DNA of 63,960 nt, filler included, from Octopus bimaculoides (GCF_001194135.2; 9 parts of 9 records of this genome joined end to end with filler, not necessarily neighbours in it); one strand, 5' to 3'. Positions 11,434 to 25,085 are shown, numbered from the whole stretch's first letter. Notes: a model not told the origin generated them from the letters alone. Made by a program: numbers and translations.

Positions 11434-13467
11434 CACACCGTTCGATTTAGATAAAGATATAGGGCTATTTATCTATATATTGAAAGAAAGAAAATAGAGA
11501 AAAGTGGATGTATGAATAATCTATTGGTATGATATAAAATGTTGGAATTTTTAAAAATAATAATACAAAGTTGTGAAGCTGAAAAATAAATGGCAGATAC
11601 GAAAATCCTATCAATCTGTATATATATATATATATCTATCTATCTATNNNNNNNNNNNNNNNNNNNNNNNNNNNNNNNNNNNNNNNNNNNNNNNNNNNNN
11701 NNNNNNNNNNNNNNNNNNNNNNNNNNNNNNNNNNNNNNNNNNNNNNNNNNNNNNNNNNNNNNNNNNNNNNNNNNNNNNNNNNNNNNNNNNNNNNNNNNNN
11801 NNNNNNNNNNNNNNNNNNNNNNNNNNNNNNNNNNNNNNNNNNNNNNNNNNNNNNNNNNNNNNNNNNNNNNNNNNNNNNNNNNNNNNNNNNNNNNNNNNNN
11901 NNNNNNNNNNNNNNNNNNNNNNNNNNNNNNNNNNNNNNNNNNNNNNNNNNNNNNNNNNNNNNNNNNNNNNNNNNNNNNNNNNNNNNNNNNNNNNNNNNNN
12001 NNNNNNNNNNNNNNNNNNNNNNNNNNNNNNNNNNNNNNNNNNNNNNNNNNNNNNNNNNNNNNNNNNNNNNNNNNNNNNNNNNNNNNNNNNNNNNNNNNNN
12101 NNNNNNNNNNNNNNNNNNNNNNNNNNNNNNNNNNNNNNNNNNNNNNNNNNNNNNNNNNNNNNNNNNNNNNNNNNNNNNNNNNNNNNNNNNNNNNNNNNNN
12201 NNNNNNNNNNNNNNNNNNNNNNNNNNNNNNNNNNNNNNNNNNNNNNNNNNNNNNNNNNNNNNNNNNNNNNNNNNNNNNNNNNNNNNNNNNNNNNNNNNNN
12301 NNNNNNNNNNNNNNNNNNNNNNNNNNNNNNNNNNNNNNNNNNNNNNNNNNNNNNNNNNNNNNNNNNNNNNNNNNNNNNNNNNNNNNNNNNNNNNAGATAT
12401 ATATATATATAGATATATAGATATATATATATATATATATATACAAGCGCGTGTATTATCTCTGATTATTTGGGGTGTACAGAGTACAGAACTTCTATCA
12501 AAGAGCTAGCTATAGATTTTGAATAAATTTCATAATTATCAGGTCTTCCTATATTTCGTCATATATCTCATTCTTAAACAAAAGAAAACTGAAGTTTTTT
12601 ATTTTTTTTAATTTGACTCATTCTGATATTAAGTAAAACTTCACGGCGTACACTTATAATCATGTATCGTTCATATGACCGAGTAAAGAAATAAGACACA
12701 CTGCTATCATTTCATTTCTTGCTTCAGGAGCTGCAAAACGTATAGTCGAGTAAGTTCTGCAGCTCATTTTAAATATTTAGAGAATCAACCTCGAGTTACA
12801 GCGTACCTACTTTGCTTGTACTTGCAGTGGCATTCAAGCATGTTGAGTTGAGCCGGTTCTGACCAACAAAGCATGTTCAGATTTACAGTGGCAATGCAGG
12901 TTCACATGTAGTCTTTAATTTTATGTATGCACGTATTCGTAGCAGCTAATCTTCTCGTCGACCGTTGCAGAGGATTAGCAGACCAACTCACTGCCGATTA
13001 GCGGAGTAGCCACAGCATGATTTAAAGAATGATTCTAGAGACAGTGTACAGTAAAATATAGATTTAAAAATCGTGACTTTACGGGAACGGAGATGAAAAC
13101 AGTTATTTATGCACAGCCGAAAATAGGTAAAGATGAGCCAATCGAGGTAACCAAATATCTAGCACGATTTAAAAATAGTGATAGATGGAAATGTAAAAGA
13201 AGAAAAATATCTTCTAATATCTTGTAGGAGTCACATGAAGATACAGTATATTCACTATCTCGTCTAGCCCCTTCAACAGAACAGATACAAGCATGTTGAA
13301 TTTACAGGTCTTACACCTAAATTCATAATGTATCACTCATTCTTCGTTGTTCAGTCCTCACACCTTATCCTCTAGACCATAAGTATATCATTCGTATCCT
13401 CTCATGGCGCTAGTTTTGTTTGCAACTATCTAATCTATTATTATTTTTTTGGAAAAGTATGATTTAG

Positions 13468-13499
13468 AGATAGATAGACAGACAGACAGACAGACATAC

Positions 13500-13546
<47 letters not shown>

Positions 13547-13580
13547 GACAGAAAGAGGGAGAGATAGACAGACAGACAGA
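13468..13580. repeat. (GATA)n/(GACA)n microsatellite
   Basis: Compound tetranucleotide run. Confidence 0.9.
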
Positions 13581-13729
13581 CCGAGGAGTAATTTGATAGA
13601 TGCATTTTGTAATTATAAGATATTTTAATATGTTTTCCTTAATTTTGCAATTGCTTTTCTTTCACTTTTTACGAGTATACTAATTGTATTTTCTTTTTTC
13701 ACTCAATGTTTCCTTATTTCTTTTGTTTA

Positions 13730-13765
13730 TTTTCTGATGAAGAACCTATGTCCGAAATGTTAAGA
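13730..13765 (+). ncRNA. Degenerate minimal hammerhead-like motif (PLE type)
   Basis: TTTT-CTGATGA-AGA-ACCTATG-TCC-GAAA-TGTT-AAGA; weak helix II. Confidence 0.35.
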
Positions 13766-14813
13766 ATTCTCATTTCAATTTCTGAAGTGTTTCACTAATA
13801 CAATATTTGTAAAAAAATTAATTCTTCTGTATTATTCTTTTCATGATTTTACACAATATACGCATGTATACATACATATATATACATACAAAAATAGATA
13901 CATGCATAAATATATATAGACATACCCGTGTGTACGAGTAACTGAATCTGTGTGGGTATGTATGTGTGTGTGTGTGTGTGATAACAACTTTAATAAATTT
14001 GGATGACACCTATTCATCAATGGACATTTTATCTGACATATCAAAGAAATAAATATAAAATAAACCATGACAACAACAACCTAATAACGTCAGCATTTAA
14101 AACAAGCATGAAAAAGAAGTACGATATGAACAATAACTTCCTGAAGAGAAACCATAAAAATATAAAATTTGATTTACTTTCACAATTAAACATTTACATA
14201 TTTTCTTTACACTTTTTTTAAGAAAAAAAAAATTTTTTGTCCCTCCTTTGTAATGTGATATGGAAATTTGAGCACTGAACGCACATAAATGCGCACATGC
14301 ATATATGTGTGCAAATACATATACTTCCATAGAAATATGCATACATGTTTATATAAATCGATACAAAGTTACACATACACGCAAGTACATGTGTGTGTCT
14401 GTGTATGTCCGTGTATGTACATATTTCGTGTATATATATATATATATATATATATAATTATCGATTTAAATACGATATTGTTCTCTTTATATGAAATATG
14501 TATTATTCATGATCTTTATATTTTCTAAGAAGTAAATGCAGACATTCATACACCAACCAAATTAGTTTTTTTTATGTTTTCACTATTTATTTTCTATAAT
14601 TTCTGTTCCGCTCCCACCACTGCATCATCTAATCATATTTTCCTCATAATTTTTTTCTTTCCTTATTTGTTACCAATTAGTTTTAATATTTATTCACAAA
14701 TTTTCCAGTTCCTTTTCATTCAAGCTTGTTTATAATGACATTACTGAACATTTTTTCTCTATTTAAATTTCTTTGCTTTTCTTTTTTGTCTTTATTCTAT
14801 GGTTGTCTCCGCT

Positions 14814-14854
<41 letters not shown>

Positions 14855-14961
14855 TTCTTCTTCTTCTTCTTCTTCTTCTTCTTCTTCTTCTTCTTCTTCT
14901 TCTTCTTCTTCTTCTTCTTCTTCTTCTTCTTCTTCTTCTTCGTCTTCTTCTTCTTCTTCTT
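14814..14961. repeat. (TTTC)n followed by (TTC)n homopyrimidine tract
   Basis: Direct reading. Confidence 0.95.
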
Positions 14962-15076
14962 CCTTTTCCTCTCTTTCAGTAAAGCATTTAAAATGTTAAT
15001 ACAGCATTTACTGTTTTTCTAAAATAATTTTTTTTACAATTATGAAACTACCATGTATTTGAGATTCATTTGTTGC

Positions 15077-15249
15077 TCATCTTGTGGTTTCACCGTCACA
15101 GTCACACAAAGGAATGTCTACTCCAGATTCCTTTCTCCTTTCTAATTTGAAGTCTCTGTTGAGGTCAAATCCATTTCCGCACATCCCATCTGATTCTGAG
15201 CTTCTTGGCAATTTTGCAGGTCGTTCCACATTTGTGTGTTTTTGGTGGA
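15077..15249 (-). CDS. Possible terminal coding exon of unknown host gene
   Basis: After TAAATAG: VHQKHTNVERPAKLPRSSESDGMCGNGFDLNRDFKLERRKESGVDIPLCDCDGETTR*; non-repetitive, no recognised homology, weak acceptor. Confidence 0.2.
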
Positions 15250-15394
15250 CTATTTAATTATCTTTCCTTCTACAAATTCATACGTTGACATTGTTTTGAA
15301 ACATCTACTGGAACGATAAACATTATCAAATAATTACCTTAAATGATTTCTTTTGATTTGATTAAAATATTGGTATAAGTCTAGTAGTTTAAGA

Positions 15395-15465
15395 GGAGGG
15401 TTTAAGTCGATTGCATCGACCCTAGTACTTCATAAGTAATTTATTTTATCCACACCGAAGGGATA
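15395..15465 (-). mobile_element. SINE fragment
   Basis: AGTCGATTGCATCGACCCTAGTACTT is the reverse of the SINE tail motif. Confidence 0.55.
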
Positions 15466-16049
15466 AACACAACGATGATCTCACTGCGATTTGAGCAAGG
15501 TAACCCTTTCAGTTTATGGGATCGATAAACAAAGTTCCAATCAAGTAATGGAACCGATATACTCAACTGTCTCATCCTTCTCAAAACTGCTAGACTTGTA
15601 CCAAAACAAGAAAGGGTTGTTTGATATTTCTGCCTCATTGGTTAACTAGATGTTTGAGGTCCTAAGCTTGACAATAATATGGGCTAACGACGTTTGTTCA
15701 ATGGTCAGTTATTTGAGTAACTTGCTATATTATTGATTGTATATTTGGTTAACCACCTATTTGATAAAAACATTCACACGCTTTCTAATTGTTTTTTTTT
15801 TCTTTCAAGGTTTTGTCTGGGACGGTATTTTATTTATTTATTTATTTTTCTTTATAGTACGTACATCCTTTATTAGCAAAGAGTAGATGCATATATAAGC
15901 AATGCAAGTAATCTGAAAGTTCATATAGAGGAAGCGTAAGGTATTTGTGGACTGTTATATACTTATACAAACATGACTCTTAGAAACAGATAATAATGCC
16001 TTTTTCCTCCTGAAAAAGATTTTGAGGATAAGAATAAACATATTGTTTC

Positions 16050-16810
16050 GTCATTTCATCCAATAACGTCTCCTTCAACTGCTTCAATAAAGGCTTCTAT
16101 GCGAGGTCTGAATCAACTACATGGTAGGGCCAAGCGGCCTATGTTCATATTGGACATTACTCTGTCTATGGAGGCTTTTAGGGATTCTTCGGTGTTATGA
16201 GAGTGCTCATTAAGTTCTTTCTCAACTACGCTCTATATACAGTAGTCCAATGGATTGAAATCTTGGGAGCTAGGAGGCCAAATGTTGGGAGTTATGTAGT
16301 CATAAATATTTTCCGCCATTCATACCTACGTTACTGTAGCCTTGTGTGATGGTACAGAGTCTTGTTGAAACACAAAAAGTTCTCCCGTTGCGTACATTAT
16401 TGATCCATGGCTTAATCTCTGTATTCAGAACATCTATGTAGGCAGCAGAGTTTACTCGAAGACCTTGTGGAAAGAAGTGCGGAAGCATCACATGTCCTTC
16501 ATTGCTGATAACCCTAAAATCCATGACAGTTGCAGGACATTTTGTATGTAATATTCTTTGAACTTCCAGAGGGTCTGTACATAGCCGTCTGTCATTTCCT
16601 CTATTTATTTTCTAATCTTGATCAAAGATTTCCTCGTCTGAGAAGAACCAAATGACATCTTTCTCTGATGAGTTTTAAGTTTGTTCAGGAGTCTTTTAGA
16701 TCTGATTAAGCGATTTTCCTTCACTGCTTCTGAAATGAAATGACCGCTTCTCATCGCTTAAGATTTGTGGTAAGGTTTCAGATTGTTCCTTCTGACACGT
16801 GGTGTTTTTT
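16050..16810 (-). mobile_element. Tc1/mariner superfamily DD37D (maT-like) transposase relic
   Basis: EGHVMLPHFFPQGLRVNSAAYIDVL..IKPW; FQQDSVPSHKA...PNIWPPSSQDFNPLDY with 37 residues between the aspartates; frameshifted. Confidence 0.85.
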
Positions 16811-16864
16811 TCCAATCAACCTCATGGATCTTCTAGGATTGTCATCAACGGTCTGCTTTACTTG

Positions 16865-16975
16865 TTGAATAGTATCCACTCACACGAAATCCACTCACAA
16901 GGTTTTCGTCGGCCCATGATTAGAGCAGAAGACACTTGCCCAAGATACCACGCAGTGGTTCTGAACACAACCATG
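16865..16975 (-). mobile_element. SINE head fragment
   Basis: AAATCCACTCACAAGG...GAAGACACTTGCCCAAG..ACCACGCAGTGG. Confidence 0.75.
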
Positions 16976-17764
16976 TATGCATATACATACACACACNNNN
17001 NNNNNNNNNNNNNNNNNNNNNNNNNNNNNNNNNNNNNNNNNNNNNNNNNNNNNNNNNNNNNNNNNNNNNNNNNNNNNNNNNNNNNNNNNNNNNNNNNNNN
17101 NNNNNNNNNNNNNNNNNNNNNNNNNNNNNNNNNNNNNNNNNNNNNNNNNNNNNNNNNNNNNNNNNNNNNNNNNNNNNNNNNNNNNNNNNNNNNNNNNNNN
17201 NNNNNNNNNNNNNNNNNNNNNNNNNNNNNNNNNNNNNNNNNNNNNNNNNNNNNNNNNNNNNNNNNNNNNNNNNNNNNNNNNNNNNNNNNNNNNNNNNNNN
17301 NNNNNNNNNNNNNNNNNNNNNNNNNNNNNNNNNNNNNNNNNNNNNNNNNNNNNNNNNNNNNNNNNNNNNNNNNNNNNNNNNNNNNNNNNNNNNNNNNNNN
17401 NNNNNNNNNNNNNNNNNNNNNNNNNNNNNNNNNNNNNNNNNNNNNNNNNNNNNNNNNNNNNNNNNNNNNNNNNNNNNNNNNNNNNNNNNNNNNNNNNNNN
17501 NNNNNNNNNNNNNNNNNNNNNNNNNNNNNNNNNNNNNNNNNNNNNNNNNNNNNNNNNNNNNNNNNNNNNNNNNNNNNNNNNNNNNNNNNNNNNNNNNNNN
17601 NNNNNNNNNNNNNNNNNNNNNNNNNNNNNNNNNNNNNNNNNNNNNNNNNNNNNNNNNNNNNNNNNNNNNNNNNNNNNNNNNNNNNNNNNNNNNNNNNNAT
17701 ATACAGAGAGACACAGAGAGAGAGTGAGTTAGTGAGAGAGAGAGTGAATGAGTGAGAGATGCAG

Positions 17765-17829
<65 letters not shown>

Positions 17830-17955
17830 GAGAGAGAGACAGAAAGAGGGAGCGAACATGACACGAGCAAGACTATTCTCATATTGTCTTCGATTTTTAA
17901 AGTCTACTTGACGAATGGTGGTAAATTGCTTTCTGAAATTAGATAACGTATGCAA

Positions 17956-18320
17956 GCGCTTGCATGGCTGTCTTGTAAGAAGCTTGCAACTCAACCACAT
18001 GGTTCTGGGTTCGGTACCACTGCGTGGCAACCTTCAGCAAGTGTCTCCTACAACAGCCACGGGAGGACCAAAGCCTTGTGAGTGGACTTGGTAGAGAGAA
18101 ACTGAAAGAATTATATGTGTTTGTGCGTATGTTCACGCGCGCTTGTATGTATGTCTTTTTCTCTGTCCTTTTCTCCCCTACCACCACTTGGCAACCGGTG
18201 CTGGAATGTTTACATCCCCGTAAACGTACCAGCACCAGTAGAATACTATCAGGTTTAGCAAACTATTAAGTCGATTTATTCGACTAAAAATACTTTAGAA
18301 TGGTCGCAGTCTAATGAAAA
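17956..18320 (+). mobile_element. Composite tRNA-derived SINE, degenerate
   Basis: AACCACATGGTTCTGGGTTCGGTACCACTGCGTGGC head, TG-rich middle, GTCGATTTATTCGACTAA tail module. Confidence 0.8.
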
Positions 18321-20725
18321 GAAAGGAAACGAAAAAATTGATTCAAATGTTGTTGCAAATGTCTATCTTCATTGAACAAGTCTATGATCAAAGACGTTCC
18401 AGTTGTGATCAACCCGTCTCAGTTTTTATGCTATTAATATACCGCTTGTATATGTATAGTATACCAGGCTTACTTCATATTCAAAGTCAGTATTCTGTAA
18501 TTTCAAGAAGTGATTTATATTTCTAGCACGTCGAACGACCTCAAGAGGTCGCTTAGATTCAAATAAAAATAATTACTATATTTCTTGTTTAACTCTAAGT
18601 CTACTTCGAATCAGAAAATAAAAAAAATGAAGAGCCTTGTTACTGAGTACATTGAACTACATAGTTTAATACACCTTTACGAATTTCTACGACAGCCGAT
18701 TGTCACTGCAAAGGGATTTAGCGGATAATTCTAGCATGTCAACTACAACCTGTAGTTTCCCTCTCTTATATTTGTAGGTGACAGTTCTGCCAACAGATCA
18801 ATTTTTGCATCTGTGTGTGGGCTTATGTGGCTCTTTGATTTCATGGAGGATATATAGCGTCCTATATACTTACTTGTTTGTCTTGTTAAATTATTCTTGG
18901 AGTTGCTATTGTATGTGTTCATTCGATCATATTATATATATATANNNNNNNNNNNNNNNNNNNNNNNNNNNNNNNNNNNNNNNNNNNNNNNNNNNNNNNN
19001 NNNNNNNNNNNNNNNNNNNNNNNNNNNNNNNNNNNNNNNNNNNNNNNNNNNNNNNNNNNNNNNNNNNNNNNNNNNNNNNNNNNNNNNNNNNNNNNNNNNN
19101 NNNNNNNNNNNNNNNNNNNNNNNNNNNNNNNNNNNNNNNNNNNNNNNNNNNNNNNNNNNNNNNNNNNNNNNNNNNNNNNNNNNNNNNNNNNNNNNNNNNN
19201 NNNNNNNNNNNNNNNNNNNNNNNNNNNNNNNNNNNNNNNNNNNNNNNNNNNNNNNNNNNNNNNNNNNNNNNNNNNNNNNNNNNNNNNNNNNNNNNNNNNN
19301 NNNNNNNNNNNNNNNNNNNNNNNNNNNNNNNNNNNNNNNNNNNNNNNNNNNNNNNNNNNNNNNNNNNNNNNNNNNNNNNNNNNNNNNNNNNNNNNNNNNN
19401 ATATATATATATATATATACACGCATATATATACATCTGTGTCTATGTGTATATGTGTATGTGTATGTGCGTTGAGGGTTTATACGTATATGCATTATTC
19501 AATGGCAGAAGATTTTACGGTAAATATTCTTAGAAGGGGCGGTGCTCTCTCGTAACTACTGCTTTTGATATTTTCCTCATTATTATTATTGTCATTATTA
19601 TTGTTGCTGTTGTAGCTGCTGTTATTGAAGCTATTCTTGTTATTGTTGTTGTTGTTGTTGTTGTTATTCGGTAATCTCCTTCATTCAACTTCTTCCACTT
19701 CCTATTTCCATTCAGCCTCTTCCTTCTCCCTAGTCCTTTCCCTCCTAAATGACAAACACCTAATTTTTTCCTTCCACTCCCACTTTTCTGTACTCACCAA
19801 CATTGATTTTTTTCCCATTTTTTTTTTCTATCCATATCCGTTGTCATCAATGTCATCTTCCTTTTTGTCTGCTTCGTCGTCATTTTTAGATGATTTTAAA
19901 CGTTAGGAGTTGATAAAGGATCACAGAGGAAAGAAGAAAAATATAATGCTCGCTCTTAGACATCATAACAACGGCTTCTATTGTTATTTGATTTCTTTTT
20001 AAATTCATGAATACATACATACATAATATATATATACATACATATATACATATATAAACNNNNNNNNNNNNNNNNNNNNNNNNNNNNNNNNNNNNNNNNN
20101 NNNNNNNNNNNNNNNNNNNNNNNNNNNNNNNNNNNNNNNNNNNNNNNNNNNNNNNNNNNNNNNNNNNNNNNNNNNNNNNNNNNNNNNNNNNNNNNNNNNN
20201 NNNNNNNNNNNNNNNNNNNNNNNNNNNNNNNNNNNNNNNNNNNNNNNNNNNNNNNNNNNNNNNNNNNNNNNNNNNNNNNNNNNNNNNNNNNNNNNNNNNN
20301 NNNNNNNNNNNNNNNNNNNNNNNNNNNNNNNNNNNNNNNNNNNNNNNNNNNNNNNNNNNNNNNNNNNNNNNNNNNNNNNNNNNNNNNNNNNNNNNNNNNN
20401 NNNNNNNNNNNNNNNNNNNNNNNNNNNNNNNNNNNNNNNNNNNNNNNNNNNNNNNNNNNNNNNNNNNNNNNNNNNNNNNNNNNNNNNNNNNNNNNNNNNN
20501 NNNNNNNNNNNNNNNNNNNNNNNNNNNNNNNNNNNNNNNNNNNNNNNNNNNNNNNNNNNNNNNNNNNNNNNNNNNNNNNNNNNNNNNNNNNNNNNNNNNN
20601 NNNNNNNNNNNNNNNNNNNNNNNNNNNNNNNNNNNNNNNNNNNNNNNNNNNNNNNNNNNNNNNNNNNNNNNNNNNNNNNNNNNNNNNNNNNNNNNNNNNN
20701 NNNNNNNNNNNNNNNNNNATATATA

Positions 20726-20757
<32 letters not shown>

Positions 20758-20897
20758 AATATATGTATATATCTTCACATATATACGCACACGCATGCAG
20801 ACATATATATCTGCTTCTATATATCTACATACAAGTCCATACATGAAAGTATATATACATATATAAACGCATGTGCGCAAACACACAAAATCGCGTG

Positions 20898-20933
<36 letters not shown>

Positions 20934-21348
20934 TGTGTGTATATGTATGTGTATGTCTGTATTATATCTGTATAATTTTGTGCGTTTCACGATATATATT
21001 AGTTTATGTCTTTATTGATCTCTTTTAAATATTCTCCATTTAATTTTTTTCCTTTACTTGGAAAGGCAATTTGAATCTCATGGAATCTAATAAACATTAT
21101 ATTATCACCAGGATGACAACTCATTTTCAAAGGGGACTTACATAAAACTGAATGTGTGTGTGTGAGAGAGAGTGTCTGTGTGTGTGTGTTCATGTGTGTA
21201 GTATTTTCTGTATAAGATGTTAGAATAAGTAATTTTCTCTCCATATAACCAACAAGCTACGTGTTCATTAAAGCATATAAATAAGCGTAAGCCTATGCAT
21301 TTTGTATATATACAAATATGTATATACACAATACAGTGCAAATTATAA

Positions 21349-21395
<47 letters not shown>

Positions 21396-21566
21396 TTCTC
21401 TAGATATATATATAAATATATGTATATATATCTATATATATATATATTCACACGCACACACACACANNNNNNNNNNNNNNNNNNNNNNNNNNNNNNNNNN
21501 NNNNNNNNNNTTAATTAATTAANNNNNNNNNNNNNNNNNNNNNNNNNNNNNNNNNNNNNNNNNNNN

Positions 21567-21611
<45 letters not shown>

Positions 21612-21783
21612 TTGTATTAAGTTGTCTATTCAAGCAAATTGTACAGGGTTGTCTATACAAATGTATCATAGTATAGAGATGTGTATATAAATACACTGTA
21701 AAGAGATGTATACATATTTACATGTCATTGTGTAGAGCTGACTTACATACATGAACTGTTACTCCACTGCCTATAGACACACA

Positions 21784-21832
<49 letters not shown>

Positions 21833-21852
21833 ACACACACATTAGTGTTTAG

Positions 21853-21885
<33 letters not shown>

Positions 21886-22095
21886 GATATATATGTATAC
21901 ATATGTATATACATATTACTGTAAAGATCTATGTGTGTATAACCATTGTATAAAATTTTATGTACATACCATTGTATGAATTTGTCTATGTGCACATTGC
22001 ATTGTGCAAAACTGACTAAATACGCATATCTGGTTTGTATTAAGACTGTCATTAACAGCCCAGAGGTCTGTATCACATTTGTTTATATTACACAG

Positions 22096-22220
22096 ATTTG
22101 CAGAAACAAATTGAAAGCATGACAGTAACAATTCCATTCAGTGAATGCCATTCAACTGAAAGGATTCTTCCTTCATCATCTGAACCTGAAGAAGTGAAAT
22201 ATCTCACAGAAAATAAATAA
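22096..22220 (+). CDS. Possible terminal coding exon of unknown host gene
   Basis: After TTTATATTACACAG: DLQKQIESMTVTIPFSECHSTERILPSSSEPEEVKYLTENK*; protein-like composition only. Confidence 0.25.
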
Positions 22221-22348
22221 TCAGCACAATGACATATAAACCACAAATTTGTAAATGAGGGGCGGCAGTGGTGGTGGTGGGTATAGACAATATATGAAAA
22301 CCTCTGCATATTACTGGTACATATTTTTTTTCTTTTGTCTATCACTTA

Positions 22349-22428
22349 TTTCAGTCTTTAGACTATGGCCATGCTGGGGCACCACCTTGAAGAATTTTTA
22401 GTGGAATGAATCAACCCCACTACTTGTA
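22349..22428 (-). mobile_element. SINE tail module (repeated at 23291-23370)
   Basis: TTTCAGTC...GGCCATGCTGGGGCACC is the reverse of the GGTGCTCCAGCATGGCC tail. Confidence 0.75.
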
Positions 22429-23368
22429 TATATATATATATATATTTTTACAAGTAGTGGGGTTGACTCATTCCACTACTTGCATATATATATATATATA
22501 TATATATATANNNNNNNNNNNNNNNNNNNNNNNNNNNNNNNNNNNNNNNNNNNNNNNNNNNNNNNNNNNNNNNNNNNNNNNNNNNNNNNNNNNNNNNNNN
22601 NNNNNNNNNNNNNNNNNNNNNNNNNNNNNNNNNNNNNNNNNNNNNNNNNNNNNNNNNNNNNNNNNNNNNNNNNNNNNNNNNNNNNNNNNNNNNNNNNNNN
22701 NNNNNNNNNNNNNNNNNNNNNNNNNNNNNNNNNNNNNNNNNNNNNNNNNNNNNNNNNNNNNNNNNNNNNNNNNNNNNNNNNNNNNNNNNNNNNNNNNNNN
22801 NNNNNNNNNNNNNNNNNNNNNNNNNNNNNNNNNNNNNNNNNNNNNNNNNNNNNNNNNNNNNNNNNNNNNNNNNNNNNNNNNNNNNNNNNNNNNNNNNNNN
22901 NNNNNNNNNNNNNNNNNNNNNNNNNNNNNNNNNNNNNNNNNNNNNNNNNNNNNNNNNNNNNNNNNNNNNNNNNNNNNNNNNNNNNNNNNNNNNNNNNNNN
23001 NNNNNNNNNNNNNNNNNNNNNNNNNNNNNNNNNNNNNNNNNNNNNNNNNNNNNNNNNNNNNNNNNNNNNNNNNNNNNNNNNNNNNNNNNNNNNNNNNNNN
23101 NNNNNNNNNNNNNNNNNNNNNNNNNNNNNNNNNNNNNNNNNNNNNNNNNNNNNNNNNNNNNNNNNNNNNNNNNNNNNNNNNNNNNNNNNNNNNNNNNNNN
23201 NNNNNNNNNNNNNNNNNNNNNNNNNNNNNNNNNNNNNNNNNNNNNNNNNNNNNNNNNNNNNNNNNNNNNNNNNNNNNNNNNNNNNNNNNATTTCAGTCTT
23301 TAGACTATGGCCATGCTGGGGCACCACCTTGAAGAATTTTTAGTGGAATGAATCAACCCCACTACTTG

Positions 23369-23395
<27 letters not shown>

Positions 23396-23399
<4 letters not shown>

Positions 23400-23510
23400 C
23401 AGATTGGAGCCTGGTGTAGCCATCTGGTTCACCAGTCCTCAGTCAAGTCGTCCAACTCATGCTAGCATAGAAAGCAGATGTTAAACGATGATGATGATGA
23501 TGATGATGAT
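23396..23510 (+). mobile_element. RTE-type 3' tail
   Basis: AAATCAGATTGGAGCCTGGTGTAGCC...GTTAAACGATGATGATG. Confidence 0.85.
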
Positions 23511-23519
23511 AATATATAT

Positions 23520-23670
23520 TTCTTTTTAAGACTGGTACTAATTTAATCAGTTTCTTTTGCTGAACCACTAAGTTACAAAGACCTGAACACACCAACACCA
23601 GTTGTCAAGCAATGGTGAAGGACAAACACACACATATATGTGGTAGGCTTCCTTCAGTTTCCCTCTACCA
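23520..23670 (-). mobile_element. Composite SINE fragment
   Basis: TTTTGCTGAACCACTAAGTTAC...CACCAGTTGTCAAGC...CTACCAAATCCA. Confidence 0.7.
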
Positions 23671-23905
23671 AATCCATTCATGTCATCATCATCATCATCG
23701 TTTAACATCCAGAGGTCTGTCTTTTGTCATTGCCACTGTGACAAAATACTGAGACGTTCAAAGGTCATGCTTCACCACCTCAGCCCAATGAATAAATAAA
23801 CATTACCTTTGACAGAATAAGCTGGATGCTAAGGGGTTAAGCCAGTTCTACAGCGAAATCAGCAGGATGGAAAACAAATGACAAAATTTGACCTTTGAAT
23901 TAGAT

Positions 23906-23949
<44 letters not shown>

Positions 23950-24004
23950 AGAAGAGAAACACCTGCAAGTACTTGACAGGTATTTTAATTATCAACTCTG
24001 ATAT

Positions 24005-24185
24005 AATGGTTTCAAATTTTCGCACAGTCCAGCAATTTTAGGAGATGGGGTAAGTCACTTACACTGACCCCAGAAAGGACGAAAGGTAAAATCAACTTTG
24101 GCAGCATTTGAACACAAAACATAAAAACAGACAAAATGCTGCTAAGCATTCTGTTGAGTATGCCAACAATTCTGCTAGATTACCA
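24005..24185 (-). mobile_element. tRNA-derived SINE
   Basis: GACCCCAGAAAGGACGAAAGGTAAAATCAACTTTGGCAGCATTTGAAC...CTAAGCATT. Confidence 0.7.
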
Positions 24186-24904
24186 TTTTGTCAACTCTGA
24201 AATAATGGAAAGTAAAATTTTCTTTGGTGAGATTTGAACTCAGAAGACAGAGATCCGAAGTGATCTTGTATAACATCCTGTCCAATGCTCTCCAGATGCA
24301 GCCAATTCATTGCTTTGTACTTTGCTATAGTGAATTGCAATAGTTACCGTTACCATGTTGTATTTTAGTATGAAGGTAATTTTTAACAGTTGTCAAACCA
24401 ACATCAATATATAAATTAGATTAGCAGCTTCCGAACTAAACTAAGCTGTATTTTACTTTTATACAGCTGTTATAAGCTATGGCCATTTCCACAGAAGAGA
24501 CTATCTCATAAAAAAAAATATTTATGTATGTGTACATGAGTGAGCGAACCTTTAAACTTTTCACATCTGCCATGAATCAGTGGCCATCCATATTGATTAG
24601 CTCTCTGCTAGTAGAATGACAACTTGCTACTCTTTCATTGAAATTTACATGGACTTCATTGAAAGGAAAATCATGATTTATAGGTTTAGGATAAGTAAAA
24701 GAAAATAAGTGATGAGGAATAAGGTAAGTAGACCATCAGATGATGGATAGCAAGTTCTAATATCCTCACAGGTATTTGGCAGAGAATTTCTTACCTTTTG
24801 AGGAGAAAGTGAATGAGTCTCTACTCATAATGAGTCACCTGCGTAAATATTGGATGGCAAAATGCATAAACATAAACCCTCTATCTCTTATTGACTTGCA
24901 TACA

Positions 24905-25085
24905 TGTGTGGTAAGTAGATTGCTTACCAACCACATGGTTCTGGGTTCAGTCCCACTGCGTGGCATCTTGGGCAAGTGTCTTCTACTATAGCNNNNNNNN
25001 NNGCAAGTGTCTTCTACTATAGCCTTGGGCCGACCAAAGCCTTGAGAGTGGATTCGGTAGACAGAAACTGAAAGAAGCCCATCGT
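24905..25085 (+). mobile_element. SINE head module
   Basis: TGTGTGGTAAGTAG..TTGCTTACCAACCACATGGTTCTGGGTTCAGTCCCACTGCGTGGC. Confidence 0.85.

Noticed and set aside
18523-18551. Hairpin near CTAG as a Helitron 3' end
   Set aside because: Only a 7-bp stem, no matching 5' end found; it resembles a generic repeat remnant
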